64,000 nt of DNA. Origin: Phoronis australis (lineage: Eukaryota > Animalia > Phoronida). A program made the translations under genes and the position numbers. Every line of letters starts with the position of its first letter. The stretch's first letter is position 1. The notes beneath the pieces were generated by a model. It did no database searches, was not told the DNA's origin, and worked only from the letters and a program-made list of their open reading frames with translations. The stretch spans positions 65,699-129,698 of the forward strand of contig NMRA01000830.1 of assembly GCA_002633005.1 (NCBI GenBank), read 5' to 3'. This document shows, piece after piece, positions 60,719-64,000 of the stretch.

Positions 60719-60901
60719 TCAAAATAAGTTGTTGCATTCTATTGCGGGAGTCTTTTTGAGATCCATTCCTTTAGGGAAGCAAATGTTCTTCTTGTAGTTG
60801 GATAGAGTATTAAAATGATGTAGATATCTGATGTGCTTATCTACTGATGTTTTTGCTTGATCAAATTTCTTTCCATTCATGTTGCTTCTCCCAGTATCCA
60901 C
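60719..60901 (-). mobile_element. Possible Penelope-like element N-terminal remnant
   Basis: HIRYLHHFNTL..FPKGMDLKKTP resembles, from memory, the RY.HH..L..PKGL.L..P pattern of PLE ORF N-termini. Confidence 0.35.
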
Positions 60902-61484
60902 TTGATGGATGCTTCAGATTAGATATGATAAATAATGCAGAAAATAAATCCGAAACTAATAGAGGCGATTCAGGATACACTTGTGTGTAGAATGGATCCA
61001 TTTACTTTTCCTCACACAAGTGTATCCTTTAGGATCTGGATCGCCTCTTTTAGTCTCGGATTTATTTTCTATGTTATTTAAAAAATATAGTATTGTTAAA
61101 CAGAAGATAAACCAACATTTGTGCAGCGTCAACAGAAAATCGCAAATACCGTATTCGTCCGGATTACCGCGCAGGGCGCTTAAATTGGGAATCTAAAAAA
61201 CAGGGGGGTGGGCGGTAAGTCGAGCATGGGTGGTTAAAACCGAAATTTTTGAAAAGTCAAGAGTGGGTGCTTACTGCACAGGGGACCGATTTTACCCTCA
61301 CAGAACTACACTGACGTCAGACTTCTAGAATAGCACTTCAAATATACGTCGGCGGATTGACGTAACGGACTTCGACACTCTGAAGTGGAATAGCGCACAC
61401 GACACACTGGCGCCGTGATCCCGAGCGTGACTGTTTTTTTTACGTACCTCCGTCACTGCTCGTCATCTCTTACAACTAAGGTAT

Positions 61485-63198
61485 TGTTGTAATCGTCAAC
61501 ATCATTCGTTCTTTATCTTTCTGGGGTGTATTGTGATTTGTCAGTTTTATGGTTCCCCGGATGCTTCTTTTACTTATACTGCTGGCGGGAACCCTGCTGG
61601 CAGTCTTTCAGCAAGCATTCAGGATGTCAGGGATGGTCACGTGGATTGGGTTTTACTGAAGCTTGAGTAGCTGTGTCTTAACTGGTGAGTACTTCTAGAG
61701 GCCTAGCTAGTGAACCTGCAGGAATACAACAATTGGCGTAGTTGGCACTGGTTAGGTTTTTCTAGGAGTATTCAACCACTTTTCTTGAAAACCTTTGCCT
61801 GACCAGGGCATTTTCCGTAGGTCCGGGGGGAAGGTTGGATAGGGGAGTGTTATCGTGCTAGCGGGTTGCTGGTACGGTGTCCAAGTGGTCTCTTGGTCTG
61901 TTGGGGGTTTAACTGGGTTTTTATCCTTTGGGTTTTGGGTATTTATTTATTTATTACGTCCTTGTAGTTGGTGAGTTTAGGCTTAGACTGTGTTTTGGTT
62001 GTGTCATTGAATTGAACACGATTACATTGACCTAATACTTTCTCCCTACAACTAAGTCCCTTATTTATTATCATATCCCTGATATTTATTTTATTTATTT
62101 ATTACGTCAGTGTAGTTGGTGAGTTTAGGTCCAGGCAGTGTTTTGGTTTTGTCATTGGACACCATTTCATTGATTTAGTACTTTCTTCCTACAACTAATT
62201 CCCCTATTTATTATCATATCCCTAGTGCGTGGTTAACCTGGGTGTGGTACTTTCATGTCAGTCCCAGTTGCCAGGAGGCCTATGTTTAGTGGAGGGTCAG
62301 CCACATTGCTATGTGAACCTATCTATTTTAGGTCTGTGTCCAAGGCGTTCCCTTCGAGTTGGAATATGTCTGCCCGGCCTCCACCCGAAGCCCATCAAAA
62401 TGTAATATTCTAGTAGCAATTAAGGGTGGTATGCGTGTATCATGGTAGTGCAGGGTTTATTTTGAGAACTCCACTAGAAATACACGGGTCCTATACCCTT
62501 TTGCAGCTACAAGTCCGGGGAGTCTCTCTAGCGAGAACTTTTTCCGTTAGGTGACTGCTCTCCCGCCCTGGGGGTGGGTTGGGATCCTGCTAGGTTTTCT
62601 CTTTATGAGTTACTTAATGTGTTTGGGATGTGCTGGCATTCTGAACTCTTTTTATTATTTTTGGTACTTCTATATTTAACCTGTGTGCGTTATTCTCTGC
62701 TTCTAGGGGAACTACATTCCTTGTCATTCTAACACTCTTGGTCTTTTTAGCAGTGGCTTTATTTTCGGTAAGGGGGATATGGTTAAATTTTTGGGAAGAT
62801 TTTCGTATCTGGTGAATGATGTTGATTCCCAGGTAGGCCCCACACTTTTTTAGGGAGTAGGGGAATGTTGTAATCGTCAACACCATTCGTTCTTTATCTT
62901 TCTATGGTGTTTTGTGATTTGTCAGTTATATGCATGGTTCCCCGGATGCTTCTTTTATTTATACTGCGGGTCAACAGAGGCGATGGTCACTGCCTACCCG
63001 CTAGCACGATACCACTCCCCTATCCAACCTCCCCCCCCGGCCGGACCTACGGAAAATGCCCTGGTCAGGCAAAGGCTTCAAGAAAAGTGATTGAATACTC
63101 CTAAAAAACCTAAGCAGTGCCGACTACGCCAATTGTTGTATTACTGCAGATTCACTAGTTAGGCATCTAGAAGTACTCACCAGTTAAAACACAGCTAT
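61485..63198. repeat. Composite direct plus inverted repeat region
   Basis: 61485-61582 repeated directly at 62866-62968; 61668-61866 inverted at 62996-63197; tandem pair of about 150 bp at 61940-62225. Confidence 0.85.
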
Positions 63199-63764
63199 AT
63201 TTTCCTTTGGCCTTCTAGATCCTACTAGTGCCTGGGAAAAACAGATACATTGCATAAACAAACCCTGGATCATGTATTGTGTCCCGTCGGAAGAAAATTT
63301 AAATTCGAAAACATCTTCTGAAAACGCACAAAAAAGTGTATTAGTAAAATCTACTGATTTTTAAGTGGTTTTAAAAAACAATCGGTAAACTCACCGATTT
63401 CTGTCTCATTACTTTGATACGTGTCTCTTCCGATAAGTTAGTACCTAACGTGCAGACGAGAACTCCAAATTGGAACGCTAAGTCCCGCGTGGTTGCGCTG
63501 CACGCGAAACAAGATGGCGGACGAACTTTGGAGCCTGACGAAAATAGGTAACCGGACGATATTGTAGAGGGCTACTTAAAGGTGCCTGTTAGAGGCTGCC
63601 ATATTGAGAACAGCCAGTGCCACCTATAGATGAACAGTGAGCCCTCTAGTGGCAGTACCAATATTGTCTATCTTCCCCCAACTCATTGGAGCACTGAGTC
63701 CGGCAGCGACAGTGGCTAGGTCCGTCCGAAGGCGGAGGAAATTAAACCTGGGGAACGGAATGTT

Positions 63765-63952
63765 ACGATGAAGTCCTTGATGGGGCGGCCAAACACGCAC
63801 TCAGCGGGTGACATTTTTGTGTCTTTGTCAGGGGTATTCCGGTACTGCCGCATGGCACGCTGAAAGGCATCCGTAGCCAGTTCGCCATCATCGGTGCCGG
63901 TGTTGTCAGTGACGAGTCTCTTCATAGCAGTCTTCACACCGATATCGGCGTC
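63765..63952 (-). mobile_element. Gypsy integrase C-terminal fragment
   Basis: ADIGVKTAMKRL..FQRAMRQYRNTPDKDTKMSPAECVFGRPIKDFI. Confidence 0.85.
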
Positions 63953-64000
63953 GTGGTCGAGCAGAACTCTGGGCCGCCGTCGCTCGAGATGGGTTTTCTG

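Overview
AT-rich eukaryotic (invertebrate-like) genomic DNA from a draft scaffold, with three N-gaps and four single-N contig joins. No prokaryotic features are present. The main content is one large intron-rich gene on the minus strand (about 59.3 kb to 3.8 kb), rebuilt by hand from GT-AG sites with consistent phases. It encodes a type I membrane protein: three F-type lectin (fucolectin/F5-8C-like) domains with a kringle between the 2nd and 3rd, an unassigned domain of about 160 aa, four FN3 domains, a transmembrane helix, a basic stop-transfer segment and the probable start of a PTP domain (KNRD). That is at least 1142 codons, or about 1218 with three weaker cytoplasmic exons. The start codon, signal peptide and most of the PTP domain were not found. 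The first two lectin domains come from a recent intragenic duplication and differ mostly by non-synonymous changes. The introns hold a nested transposon stack (RTE-X-like LINE, a 6.5-kb TIR element, an Academ remnant and a MITE), a deleted Gypsy element, RTE and L2/CR1 LINE fragments, Helentron-like repeats, minisatellites, and a minimal hammerhead ribozyme in a 67-bp insertion. Several near-identical duplications sit at N joins and may be assembly artefacts. All calls are by eye; no searches were run.
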